A stretch of DNA of 64,000 bases from an uncultured delta proteobacterium (GCA_963816145.1 CAWFJP010000011.1:256001-320000), one strand, 5' to 3'. Positions 51,504-63,059 are shown, counted from the stretch's first letter. Numbers and translations: made by a program. Notes: a model not told the origin generated them from the sequence alone.

Positions 51504-52475
51504 CTAAAGACCGGCTTTGATCAGATCGTGCAAATGAACGATGCCGACCGGTTTCTTGGTCTCGTGCTCAAGCACGAACAACGACGTGATCGGAAACTTT
51601 TCCATGACCGCGACGGCTTCACTCGCCAAGGTTTCAGCGGGGATGGTTTTGGGATTGCGTGTCATTAATTCTCGGGCCGGCAAGGAGAGAATCTGTCCCT
51701 TACTCTCCAACCCGCGGCGCAGATCGCCATCGGTGAGAACCCCGACGAGCTGTTGTTTGTCGTTAATCACACCAGTGACGCCCAGGCGCTTTGCGGTAAT
51801 CTCGAACAGCGCATCCTTTACAGTGGTCGTCTCCCGAACCAATGGCAAACGCTCGCCGCGATACATCAAGTCTTCGACTCGCAACAACAGCTTGCGGCCC
51901 AACATGCCGCCTGGATGGCGCATGGCGAAGTCCGCCTCATTGAAGCCCTTCTGCTCAAGCAGAACCACCGCGAGGGCATCGCCCATGGCCAAAGTAACCG
52001 TCGTGCTGGTGGTCGGCGCCAAACCGAGCGGACAGGCCTCTTCTTTGACGCCAACATCCAGAACAACTTCTCCCGCTTTAGCGAGTGTCGATTCCGGATT
52101 GCCGGTGATTACAATTAGCTTGAGGCCATAATGTTTGAAATGGGGCAGCAGTTTCAATATTTCATCGGTCTCACCGCTGTTGGAAACCGCCACCACGACA
52201 TCGTCCGGCATCACCATGCCGAGATCGCCATGCAAAGCATCGGCGGAATGCAGGAATAACGCCGGGGTGCCCGTGCTTGACAAAGTTGAGGCGATTTTCG
52301 CACAGATCAGACCCGACTTGCCGACGCCGGCGACGACCACCTTGCCTTTGCAGTGCTTCATAATCTCGACGGCGCGGACGAAGTTTTCGTCCAAGCGGTC
52401 AATCACGGACAGGAGCCCCTCGGCCTCCGTCCGCAAAACCTTGGCGGCACGGCTAAGAATGGTTTGCTTATTCAC
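51504..52475 (-). CDS. kdsD: Arabinose-5-phosphate isomerase (SIS + CBS)
   Basis: GVGKSG, HGDLG, SNSGET, EACPLGLAPTTST, HPGG.LG. Confidence 0.95.
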   Translation of the reverse strand: MNKQTILSRAAKVLRTEAEGLLSVIDRLDENFVRAVEIMKHCKGKVVVAGVGKSGLICAKIASTLSSTGTPALFLHSADALHGDLGMVMPDDVVVAVSNSGETDEILKLLPHFKHYGLKLIVITGNPESTLAKAGEVVLDVGVKEEACPLGLAPTTSTTVTLAMGDALAVVLLEQKGFNEADFAMRHPGGMLGRKLLLRVEDLMYRGERLPLVRETTTVKDALFEITAKRLGVTGVINDKQQLVGVLTDGDLRRGLESKGQILSLPARELMTRNPKTIPAETLASEAVAVMEKFPITSLFVLEHETKKPVGIVHLHDLIKAGL

Positions 52476-52479
52476 AATA

Positions 52480-53307
52480 TCAAAGGCCTTTGATCAGCGC
52501 GTCGATCTCTTTGACCTTGCGAATCAACGCTTCGAAGTTTTCCAGCGCCAAGGAATTAGGCCCATCGCTCAACGCCTGATCGGGGTTTTCATGCACTTCC
52601 ATGAACAGCGCATCAACCCCGGTGGCGACCCCGGCACGCGACAGGGCAGGAATATACTTGCGTTCGCCGCCGGAAGCGTTGCCCAAGCCGCCGGGCAACT
52701 GCAAGCTATGCGTGGCGTCGAAAACCACCGGGTAGCCCATTTCGCGCATGACCACGAGTGAGCGCATGTCGGAAACGAGATTATTGTAACCGAATGACGC
52801 GCCGCGCTCGGTGACGAGAATCTGCTCGTTGCCAGCGGCAAGAATTTTGTCGATGACGTTGCGCATATCCCAGGGCGCGAGAAACTGGCCCTTCTTGACG
52901 TTAACGACCCTGCCGGATCGGGCGACCGCGACGACGAAATCCGTCTGGCGGCAGAGAAACGCCGGGATTTGCAGAATATCGACAACCTCTTTGACCGCCG
53001 CCACTTGATCGGTTTCGTGGACATCGGTGAGCACCGGCACGCCGATCTTTTGTTTGATCTCGGCCAGAATCGCCAACCCCTTGTCGAGACCGAGTCCGCG
53101 GAAGGAGTTGAGCGAGCTGCGGTTGGCCTTGTCGTAAGATGATTTGAAAATATACGGCACGCCGACGCGGTCGGCACGATCTTTGAGCGCCGCGGCGTGG
53201 CGCAACGCCGACTCCCTGCTTTCGATTACACAAGGTCCGGCGATGACCGCCAGCGGGCCGTCGCCGCCGATGGCCACGTTATTAATTTTTATCAGCTTGG
53301 TAGGCAT
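52480..53307 (-). CDS. kdsA: KDO-8-phosphate synthase
   Basis: [36 protein letters not shown]. Confidence 0.97.
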   Translation of the reverse strand: MPTKLIKINNVAIGGDGPLAVIAGPCVIESRESALRHAAALKDRADRVGVPYIFKSSYDKANRSSLNSFRGLGLDKGLAILAEIKQKIGVPVLTDVHETDQVAAVKEVVDILQIPAFLCRQTDFVVAVARSGRVVNVKKGQFLAPWDMRNVIDKILAAGNEQILVTERGASFGYNNLVSDMRSLVVMREMGYPVVFDATHSLQLPGGLGNASGGERKYIPALSRAGVATGVDALFMEVHENPDQALSDGPNSLALENFEALIRKVKEIDALIKGL

Positions 53308-53325
53308 CGATGCAGACGGACTAGA

Positions 53326-54981
<1,656 letters not shown>

Positions 54982-55755
54982 TCAGTTTGACCGCCGCTTC
55001 AAGTAATTCTCCGCCCGCAGCAGATCCGCGGGAGTATCCACTTCCACCGACCGCTCGTCCACCTGGGCCACGTAAATCCGATGACCGTTTTCTAACGCGC
55101 GCAACTGCTCCAAGCTTTCGATCTGTTCCAACGCTGTCGGCCGGAGCCGCGAGAATTTCAACAAGAATTCCCGCCGATAAACATACAAGCCGAGATGCCG
55201 ATAGCCCCAAAGCCGGCGCCTACTACTTCCAGCGATTTTCTTGCCGCTTGGATCGAAGGCATCGTTGCGTCGAAACGGAATCGGCGCACGGGTAAAAAAC
55301 AACGCCAGCCGGGCCTTGTCGGTAAGCACTTTGACAACATTCGGATTGCGCCATTCGCTTTCATCGTAAATCGCCGTGCAGACCGTGCCCATCGGGATGT
55401 TGCGGTCACGCCGTAAAGGTTGCACCGCCTGAGTAATCGTTTTATCGCTAATAAACGGCAAATCGCCCTGAACATTCACCAGCAGATCAGCCTTGATCCT
55501 GCGCGCCACCTCCGCCAAACGATCGGTGCCGCTGGCATGATCGGGCGAGGTCATCATGACCTCGCCGCCAAATTTCTTTACCGCAGCTTCAATGCGCCGG
55601 TCGTCGGTAGCCACGATCACCCGGTCCAACACTCTGGCTTTGGCCGCGCTCTGGTAAACATGCTGGATCATCGGCCGGCCGCCGATCCGGGCTAACGGTT
55701 TACCCGGTAAACGGGTCGATCCAAAGCGCGCCGGGATAATCGCCACAACGCGCAT
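54982..55755 (-). CDS. kdsB: CMP-KDO synthetase
   Basis: IPARFGSTRLPGKPL, SGTDR, NVQGD, ESLEQLRALE. Confidence 0.96.
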   Translation of the reverse strand: MRVVAIIPARFGSTRLPGKPLARIGGRPMIQHVYQSAAKARVLDRVIVATDDRRIEAAVKKFGGEVMMTSPDHASGTDRLAEVARRIKADLLVNVQGDLPFISDKTITQAVQPLRRDRNIPMGTVCTAIYDESEWRNPNVVKVLTDKARLALFFTRAPIPFRRNDAFDPSGKKIAGSSRRRLWGYRHLGLYVYRREFLLKFSRLRPTALEQIESLEQLRALENGHRIYVAQVDERSVEVDTPADLLRAENYLKRRSN

Positions 55756-56035
55756 GGAATCACGATTTCACGGATGCAATGACGATCGAATAAATGGTTA
55801 ATGTTGGCATGGCGTTGCCAAAAACAAAAAACCGCAATGGCTTTCCCCGAAAGCGCATCACGGAATTCGATAATACGCCCGAGCCTAAAAGCTGTCAACG
55901 CGAAATGGCCATTCCGACATGTCGACAGCAAAAAAGTTCTCCATCGATGCAAGACTGTGGATAATTCGGCGCTTGACGGATCGAGGCAAAGTCGTGATAG
56001 AAGTGGAGGGAGATTTGCGGATTAGGAATTTACCC

Positions 56036-56962
56036 ATGGCAGAGTTAATCAAAATCAAAGCGGGCTTCGCCACGGTCGGCCAGGGGGCCGGGCCGATGAT
56101 GGTAACTTGGAAAGCCGGATTGTTCCGCAAGCATGGCCTCGATGTCGACCGCCCGCCGGTCATGGGCGGCGCCAAGGGCGTGGTGCGCGGCTTAATGTCG
56201 GGCGAAATTCAGTTTGGTAACCTGGCGGCGCCGGCGCCGCTGCGTGCCAATCTCAAGGGCGAGGCCGATGTGGTTTTCCTGACCGGCGGTATCAATCAAC
56301 AATTTCTAGTCGGGCGCCCCGGCATCAACGGCCGAGAAGAATTGGCTGGTAAGAAAATCGGCACGGTTAACGACGGCGGCATCGGCGACGCGCTGGTGAA
56401 GTTCGTGATCGCCAAACTCGCCGCCGCCGGCATCAAGGGCCTGCAAGAAGTGACCATCGATCATGGCGCCGCGGCGGAGATGGACGCGCTGCTCAGCGGA
56501 AAAGTCGATGTCGTCGTCGGCACGCCGCCCGAATGCATCGACGCCATCCGCCGTGGCTGCAAGTATTTGATCGATTTCGCCGATTACGGGCTTAACTACG
56601 CCTTGGGGGGCATCGCCGGACGCCGCGATTACATCGAGAAGAATCCCGACATCACCCGGCGATTCGTCAAAGCCTACATCGAAGGCATGCACCGTTACCG
56701 CACCGACCGGGAATTTACCGTCGATGTCCAGGCCGACTACAGCGGCATCGCCGACCGCACCATCGCCGAGGAAACCTACGACCTCACCCAACCTGGCATG
56801 CCGCGGGCGCCCTACCCGGTAGTCGCCTCGCTGCAAACCCTGCTCGATTTCATGGCCAGGGATCTACCCGAGGCCAGAGGTGCCGACGCCAGGAAATTTG
56901 TCGACGACCGGTTTATCCGTGAGCTGGAGAATAACGGTTTTATCAATTCATTGGGTCAGTAG
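56036..56962 (+). CDS. NMT1/THI5/SsuA-like substrate-binding-fold protein without evident signal peptide
   Basis: AGLFRKHGLDV, LAGKKIG, ALLSGKVD, FVDDRFIREL..GF; likely start ATG 56036. Confidence 0.8.
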   Translation: MAELIKIKAGFATVGQGAGPMMVTWKAGLFRKHGLDVDRPPVMGGAKGVVRGLMSGEIQFGNLAAPAPLRANLKGEADVVFLTGGINQQFLVGRPGINGREELAGKKIGTVNDGGIGDALVKFVIAKLAAAGIKGLQEVTIDHGAAAEMDALLSGKVDVVVGTPPECIDAIRRGCKYLIDFADYGLNYALGGIAGRRDYIEKNPDITRRFVKAYIEGMHRYRTDREFTVDVQADYSGIADRTIAEETYDLTQPGMPRAPYPVVASLQTLLDFMARDLPEARGADARKFVDDRFIRELENNGFINSLGQ

Positions 56963-57973
56963 ATGAAAATGTGCAAGTTTAGGACTGGAGTCCTCGTTTT
57001 GTTGTGGGTCTCGCTACTGCCCGCAGTTGTCAACGCAGCTGCCACTGAGAGTTTGATCGATGCCGCCAAGCGGGAGGGCGAGCTTGTCTATTACGCGTCG
57101 ATGAATCTGGGCGAAGCCAATGCCATTATCAACGAGTTCGAGAAGCGCTATCCGTACATCAAAGTCAGACTGCAGCGCACCGGCAGTGAAAAGTTGCTGA
57201 CCCGAGTCTTGACTGAATTCCGCGCCAAGAAAACTTTTGCCGACATCATTCAGACTGTGGAATTCAGCATGCATATATTCAATCGCAGCGGCGTGCTGGC
57301 GCGTTACATGCCGCAATCGAATGGTTTGTACGCCAAAGATTTTAAGGAAGAAGGATTTTGGACCACGGTCTATTACAACGCCTACGTGAGTGCTTACAAC
57401 ACCCGCTTGGTACCAGCGGGGCAACTAGCGAAATCCTATGCCGATCTGCTCGATAGCAAATGGAAGGGCAAGCTGTTGATGGAAGGAACCAAGGCCGATT
57501 GGTTCGCCGGCATGTTACAAATCCTTGGGCCAGAGCGCGGCCTCAAATACATGCGGGAGTTGGCCAGGCAACAGCCGAGCCCGCGCGAAGGCCATGAGCT
57601 GTTGGCACAATTAGTCGTTGCCGGTGAAGGCGTTTACGATATCAATATTCCAGCGTCGTCGGTGGAGCGCATGAAAGAACGCGGCGCGCCGATTGATTGG
57701 ACCGCGCTTGGCCCGGTGCCGGCGATCATGGTCGGCGCGGGGATCGCCACCGGCGCGCCGCATCCGAACGCCGCGAAATTGTTTTTGGAATTTGTGTTAT
57801 CGCGCGAAGGACAGAAGCTTATGCAGACCCCCGGCCGCCATATCGCCCGCAGCGACCTTGCCAACGAGCAGGCGGCGATGCTCAAAGCGTTGAAGATCGT
57901 CCCGGTCGAGCCGGCGCTGGCGGAAAGACTCGACGAGTACGCCAAACAAATGCGCGGGATTTTTGGCGGCTAA
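56963..57973 (+). CDS. ABC-type extracellular solute-binding protein (paralog of 6821-7846)
   Basis: Signal peptide, AAKREGELVYY, FEKRYP, KWKGK, APHPNAAKLF. Confidence 0.85.
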   Translation: MKMCKFRTGVLVLLWVSLLPAVVNAAATESLIDAAKREGELVYYASMNLGEANAIINEFEKRYPYIKVRLQRTGSEKLLTRVLTEFRAKKTFADIIQTVEFSMHIFNRSGVLARYMPQSNGLYAKDFKEEGFWTTVYYNAYVSAYNTRLVPAGQLAKSYADLLDSKWKGKLLMEGTKADWFAGMLQILGPERGLKYMRELARQQPSPREGHELLAQLVVAGEGVYDINIPASSVERMKERGAPIDWTALGPVPAIMVGAGIATGAPHPNAAKLFLEFVLSREGQKLMQTPGRHIARSDLANEQAAMLKALKIVPVEPALAERLDEYAKQMRGIFGG

Positions 57974-58013
57974 CCTAATAACGAGCCATTCTTAATCAGC
58001 AAAGGAGAAAACC

Positions 58014-58787
58014 ATGCGTTTCATGTTTTTAAACCATTCTGCTCAACGGCATTCCGCCGAGCTCGAAGTCCATATCGCTAAGCTGCTCAAGAGTTATGCT
58101 TCACCGGATACCACCTTCGAGCTCGCCTATCCGGAAGATCTTGGCGGCGGCGCCGTGTTGAGCTTGCTCGAAGAGCGCAAAGCTCTCTCCGGCCTGCATC
58201 ATATTTTGGAAACTCCGGCGCTGGTGAAAAAAGCCATCGAAGCCGAGCATCAAGGCTTCGACGCGGTGATCCAGAGCAACACCTTCGATCCCGGCGTCGA
58301 AGCGAGCCGCTTGGCGGTGCGCATCCCGGTGATCGGCCTGTTGCGCGCGTCATTACACTTCGCCGCCAGCATCTGCGACCGTTTCGGCCTGATCGTGCCG
58401 TTGGAAACCCATATGCCGCACACCATGCGCATGGTGCAAACCTATGGCATGACCCAGTTCGTCAGCGGTATCCGCACCGTCGGCCTCTATGACACCGGCG
58501 ATCTGTCGGGCTATCATGATGTCGTCATCGAGCGCACTCTGGCGGTCGGCAAAGAGCTGGTCGCCCAAGGCGCCCAGGCGATTATTCCCCTGGGCGGCAA
58601 GATTTATCCCTACGTGGTCACCCCGGAAGAGTTGGAACCCCATCTCGGCGTGCCGGTGATCAATACTAAAGCGGTCGGCGTGAGCTACGCGGAACTAATG
58701 GCGCGCAACCATATTAAACACAGCATCAAAGCCTATCCCTGCCCCACGGGTCTTGATCCCGACGCGGTATCCAAACGGTCCAAGTAG
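58014..58787 (+). CDS. Asp/Glu/hydantoin racemase-fold protein lacking the usual catalytic cysteines
   Basis: AEHQGFDAVIQSNTFDPGVEASR..VRIPVIG, GAQAIIPLGG, LGVPVIN. Confidence 0.8.
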   Translation: MRFMFLNHSAQRHSAELEVHIAKLLKSYASPDTTFELAYPEDLGGGAVLSLLEERKALSGLHHILETPALVKKAIEAEHQGFDAVIQSNTFDPGVEASRLAVRIPVIGLLRASLHFAASICDRFGLIVPLETHMPHTMRMVQTYGMTQFVSGIRTVGLYDTGDLSGYHDVVIERTLAVGKELVAQGAQAIIPLGGKIYPYVVTPEELEPHLGVPVINTKAVGVSYAELMARNHIKHSIKAYPCPTGLDPDAVSKRSK

Positions 58788-58868
58788 TCAGTACAGCAGC
58801 CAGTTGCAAAGGGCTTGTGCAGTCACTATGAGTTAGATTTGAATTTTACGTGAGGAGACGCCGAGGTC

Positions 58869-59963
58869 ATGATTATCGATAGCGACGGACATTTTTTCGA
58901 GACCGAAGAAATCTTCGACAAATACATGGAACCGGCTCTGCGCAATTACCGGCCGCGCCTGCTGGGCGACGAGCAAGGCCATAACTTCTGGGTGGTCGAC
59001 GGCCAGACCTCTTACAAACGACCGACCATCAAAGGCGCCGGTGCACCGGGAACCGCCGCCCCTCCAGGAAAAGCGCTGCAATCGGCGCGGCGCGCTTCGC
59101 CGGGAAGCCAGACCCTGACCAATTTGAAAGAACGATTGGTCGATCTCGACCGTGAAAAGATCGACTTGCAGTTCATCTACCCGAGTTTTCTGCTCCATGC
59201 CAACTCCTGGCCCGACGGTGTTTTGGGCAACGGCATCTGCCGCGCTTACAACACCTGGCTCAACGAAGCATGCAACCAAGCGCCGGATCGCTTGAAGGCG
59301 GTCGGCGTCGTGACCTTGCTCGATCCGGAGGGGGCGGCCAAAGAGATCACCCGGCTCAACGACATGGGTGTCAAAGCGGTTATGATCAACGGCACCGCCG
59401 GCGCCAGACGCTTGGATCATCCCGAGCATGACGTCTTCTTCGCCGAATGCGACCGGGTGAGAATGCCGATCGCAGTGCACTTTAGTTTGCAGTTCCCATT
59501 CGTCGACAAACTGTTCGAGCACCACTTCCCCAACCGCGTGCTTGCCGGCATCTTTCCGATCATGGCGGGCCTCACCAGTGTGCTCTGCTCCGGCCTGTTG
59601 GATCGTTTCCAGAACCTCAAGTTCGCCTTCTTAGAGGGCGGTATCAGCTGGGTGCCGGCCCATGTCGAGCGCATGGACGACCACTTTGAAAATCCGCGCT
59701 ACGGCGCCAAGGATCTGCTCAGCCATCCGCCCAGCGACTATCTCAAGAGCGGCAGGATTTTCTTCGGCTGCGAAGGCAACGAGGCGACCCTGCCGAAGAT
59801 CGTGAGCGAAGTCGGCGAGGATCTCTTCATGTTTTCTTCCGACTATCCCCACGCCGACCGCAGCGAAGGCACGGCGACGGTGCTCAAGGATCGCGGCGAT
59901 ATCGCCGTCTCGGTGCGCAAGAAACTTTTAGAGGACAACGCGCGCCATTTTTACAGTCTGTAG
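58869..59963 (+). CDS. Amidohydrolase_2 family (ACMSD/LigJ-like decarboxylase/hydratase)
   Basis: IDSDGH, RAYNTWL, AVH, FLEGG..W, SSDYPH. Confidence 0.88.
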   Translation: MIIDSDGHFFETEEIFDKYMEPALRNYRPRLLGDEQGHNFWVVDGQTSYKRPTIKGAGAPGTAAPPGKALQSARRASPGSQTLTNLKERLVDLDREKIDLQFIYPSFLLHANSWPDGVLGNGICRAYNTWLNEACNQAPDRLKAVGVVTLLDPEGAAKEITRLNDMGVKAVMINGTAGARRLDHPEHDVFFAECDRVRMPIAVHFSLQFPFVDKLFEHHFPNRVLAGIFPIMAGLTSVLCSGLLDRFQNLKFAFLEGGISWVPAHVERMDDHFENPRYGAKDLLSHPPSDYLKSGRIFFGCEGNEATLPKIVSEVGEDLFMFSSDYPHADRSEGTATVLKDRGDIAVSVRKKLLEDNARHFYSL

Positions 59964-60027
59964 CTGTTCCAGCAGGACCTGCGATGGAGAAGAAAGCCAA
60001 CGAATCGCGCTCTCTTTCGATTCGCTA

Positions 60028-60062
60028 GGGGGAATCGACGATGTCGATTGCCCCTTTTTTTT
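60028..60062 (+). terminator. Intrinsic terminator
   Basis: GGGGGAATCGAC-GAT-GTCGATTGCCCC followed by T8. Confidence 0.8.
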
Positions 60063-60203
60063 ATGTCCTACGCGAACAAAGCTCGAATTCCTGTGTTTTT
60101 GCCCGCTCAAGAACCTAGCTTGATTTACCCTCTTCCAATACTATAAAATTTTCTCACTTGATCGAGCTGAAACCCTGTCGAGGTGATGCAAGGAGGAGTG
60201 GTG

Positions 60204-60386
60204 ATGGATTTTCCGAAATGTCAGAAATGCAATAACGGCGTGCTCATCCCGCTCTCAGACTATGGCCAAGACGGCGCCTCGGTGATGTACAAAGCCTGGG
60301 CTTGCACCAACCCCGACTGCGGCTTTTCTCTACGGGTCGATAAAGGCGAGGTTACGTATGGTAAGAAGATCGAGCACAAACACTGA
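60204..60386 (+). CDS. Small zinc-ribbon protein (60 aa)
   Basis: CQKC ... CTNPDC; AGGAG RBS; TTGATT..TAAAAT promoter-like sequence at 60120-60149. Confidence 0.8.
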   Translation: MDFPKCQKCNNGVLIPLSDYGQDGASVMYKAWACTNPDCGFSLRVDKGEVTYGKKIEHKH

Positions 60387-60475
60387 GGATGCTTGTCTAA
60401 TCTGCTGTTTCTAAGCGATCTGGAGATTCCCTTGGCGTTCTTTAACCCTCACTCTGCGTCCAAATAACCCCATTC

Positions 60476-61132
60476 TCATGCTGGCATGGTCCGATTGAAG
60501 CTCTGAATCGCCCGGCCAAACAGTTCACATCCGGTGTTCAAAGCCGCCAAGCATTTCTGCTGTGTCTCGGCTTCGGTGGCGTAACGTTTTAGAATTTCCG
60601 GGGCGATCCATTCATGGCCTTCTTCTTCGGCGAGCAACACGTCGCGGTAGATTGCCGCGGTGGTCGGATCGATGGCGCCGACCCGCTCGATAAACGACTT
60701 TGAGGTTCGCGGGAAAAACTCTTCGTGGCCGAACTGCACGCTGGCGATCAGCTCGCACAAGGAACCCAAGCCGGCATGAAAATCCCACAGCTCTTTTAAC
60801 TCGGCCAGAGGACTGTTCCACAACCCGTCAGGGTCGCCGTTGAGATCGCTAATGCGCTTGCGCAGGATCGAGGTATGTTTCAACTCGTTGACGACATATT
60901 CGGACATCGGCTGTTGGAGGTCGAGGTCGGGGATCTTGCTCACCCATGGCGCGGTCACTTCGGCGGCTTTGCGCTCCATGACAACACCAAATTGCAAACG
61001 GCGCAGCACGATCGCCGGCGTCAACGGCTTCTCTGCGCCGTAGCTCTTGCGTTCAGCATTCATCTTCTCCCAAAAAGCTTCGCGCGTGGCGACTAGTTGC
61101 TGCAAAAATTCATCGGGCTTCAGTGCTTCCAT
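60476..61132 (-). CDS. Ferritin-like di-iron carboxylate protein
   Basis: E...ExxH twice (VMER..NELKH; HEE..EEGH); predicted all-helical; GGAGG RBS. Confidence 0.72.
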   Translation of the reverse strand: MEALKPDEFLQQLVATREAFWEKMNAERKSYGAEKPLTPAIVLRRLQFGVVMERKAAEVTAPWVSKIPDLDLQQPMSEYVVNELKHTSILRKRISDLNGDPDGLWNSPLAELKELWDFHAGLGSLCELIASVQFGHEEFFPRTSKSFIERVGAIDPTTAAIYRDVLLAEEEGHEWIAPEILKRYATEAETQQKCLAALNTGCELFGRAIQSFNRTMPA

Positions 61133-61257
61133 GATTCCTCCGCCGGATCTCGTCCCAACGATTGACTCCGCCAATCATTTAGGTTTTAACAATACAGGAA
61201 ATTAGACCTCGGTGAAAGCTGGTTAACCGGCCTAAGCGCTCATAATCAAAGACTTTA

Positions 61258-62001
61258 ATGGACTCCGGCCAAGCAAAAATCTTCGTTGATGATCTTTACG
61301 AGCAAGTCTACCGCCACTGGCAAAAGCGCATTCACCACGGCGAGTTCATGACCCGCCTGCGTGACGGCACGTTGCCGTTACCCTGCCTGCGGCGCTTTTT
61401 CAAAGACTGGGGGTTATTCTCCATCGAGGTGGTCGCTCTCAATGCGGTATCCTATTATGTCCATTTGCCTTTCTTCGTGGAGAATTTCGATTTGCTGGCG
61501 CCGCTCTGCGACAAAGTCGCCGAAGAACTGATTTCGCCGAAACCGCCAGGCCATATTTTGATCTTGCTGGAAACGGCCAACGCTTTGGGGTTAAGCAAAG
61601 AAGAACTCTTCGAACAACCGGCCTCGGCGCCGGGACGCGCCATCAGCGACTACTGTCGACGAGTGTTTCAAGACGGTTCGATCATCGAACTCTGGGGCGC
61701 CCATGTTTACGAAGAGACCCTCGGCCATTGGTCGCAGCAATGGAGCCAGGCGCTGGTCGGCCATTACGGCTTGAGCCAACGCCAAGCGATTTATTTCAAT
61801 GCCCACGCCGAAGCCGACCTGGTCCAGCATGAAGACCATATGGGCCATGGGCCACTCAATCGCATGATCCTTCAGCGCATTCTTGAGCAGGGTAAGACGG
61901 CTAAGAAATTAGGCTATGATCCAAAGTACTGCGCCTTCACCATGGTCGACCTTCAGGCGCTCATGGAACAGCACGCCCTGGACAATCCCTACCCCGCATA
62001 A
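61258..62001 (+). CDS. TenA/PqqC/CADD heme-oxygenase-like (HDO) protein
   Basis: FMTRLRDGTL, EEL....GH, ALGL, YEE, YFNAHAEAD...H.GH. Confidence 0.78.
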   Translation: MDSGQAKIFVDDLYEQVYRHWQKRIHHGEFMTRLRDGTLPLPCLRRFFKDWGLFSIEVVALNAVSYYVHLPFFVENFDLLAPLCDKVAEELISPKPPGHILILLETANALGLSKEELFEQPASAPGRAISDYCRRVFQDGSIIELWGAHVYEETLGHWSQQWSQALVGHYGLSQRQAIYFNAHAEADLVQHEDHMGHGPLNRMILQRILEQGKTAKKLGYDPKYCAFTMVDLQALMEQHALDNPYPA

Positions 62002-62060
62002 CCCTACGCGAACCGACCACGCTGCGATCTCAAACTCTTAACGGCGCTTCGGAATTACCC

Positions 62061-63059
62061 TTGAAGACTTATTCACCACACAGACGCAGAGAACGCAGAG
62101 AATTCGTAATTTTAATTCTCCTCCGCGCCTCTGCGGTGATATTTCCGTGCCTCTTAGCCGTATTCACCCCCCCCCACGACGCATTCGCGCAACTACCTGG
62201 TAAGTGGACAACGCGCGCGCCCATGCCGTCGGCTCGCAGCGAAGTCGGCGCAGCGGAGATCGGCGGCAGGATATACGTCATGGGCGGTTACGTGAAAAAC
62301 GGCAATCTGGTCGAGGAGTACGACCCGGCAACCGATAGTTGGCGCAGCCGTGCGCCATTGCCAAAACCGCTGCATCATATTGGCGCCGCCGCCCTCAACG
62401 GCAAGATCTATGTCATCGGCGGCTATATTTCCGGCGTCGGTCCGGTGGATACCGTTTACGAATACGATCCCGTCAAGGATCAGTGGACGACGAAGAAAGC
62501 AATGCCGACCCCGCGTGGAGCGCTCGCTGTCGGCGTCATCTCCGGCAAGATCTATGCGGTCGGTGGAGTAACGACGAATGGCCGCAATACACCAGCCAAC
62601 GAGTCCTACGATCCGGTTCAAGACTTCTGGAGCAGCAAGCACGCGCGCATGATCACGCCGCGCGATCATCACGCCATTGGCGTCGTCGAAGGCAAACTGT
62701 ACGCCATCGCCGGCCGCGTCAACGGCAATCATGATCGCAGCGTCGGTGATAACGAAGAATATGACCCAGCCAACAACCGCTGGCGCACACGGCCATCGAT
62801 CCCAACCGTGCGCAGCGGTATCGTTGGCGCTGTGCTCGGCGGGCGGATCTTCGTCTTCGGCGGCGAATACGGCCGCCAGACCCACGCCAATGTCGAATCC
62901 TACGATCCCGCCAAAAATAAATGGCAAGCTTGGGCCCCCATGCCCACCGCCCGCCACGGGTTAGGCGCCGCCGTCATCGGCAACTCCATCTACGTCATCT
63001 CCGGCGGCCCCCAGCCCGGCGCGACATTTTCGTCGGTGAATGAAGTGCTGACGCCGTGA
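62061..63059 (+). CDS. Secreted Kelch-repeat beta-propeller
   Basis: Six repeats of W...P.P..R......G.IY..GG......E.YDP; AFA-Q cleavage site; start codon uncertain. Confidence 0.9.
   Translation: MKTYSPHRRRERREFVILILLRASAVIFPCLLAVFTPPHDAFAQLPGKWTTRAPMPSARSEVGAAEIGGRIYVMGGYVKNGNLVEEYDPATDSWRSRAPLPKPLHHIGAAALNGKIYVIGGYISGVGPVDTVYEYDPVKDQWTTKKAMPTPRGALAVGVISGKIYAVGGVTTNGRNTPANESYDPVQDFWSSKHARMITPRDHHAIGVVEGKLYAIAGRVNGNHDRSVGDNEEYDPANNRWRTRPSIPTVRSGIVGAVLGGRIFVFGGEYGRQTHANVESYDPAKNKWQAWAPMPTARHGLGAAVIGNSIYVISGGPQPGATFSSVNEVLTP
62073..62139. repeat. Imperfect long palindrome with the same architecture as 4711-4781, inside the Kelch ORF 5' end
   Basis: TCACCACACAGACGCAGAG / CTCCGCGCCTCTGCGGTGA (15/19 complementary) plus inner GAGAATT/AATTCTC. 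Confidence 0.65.
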
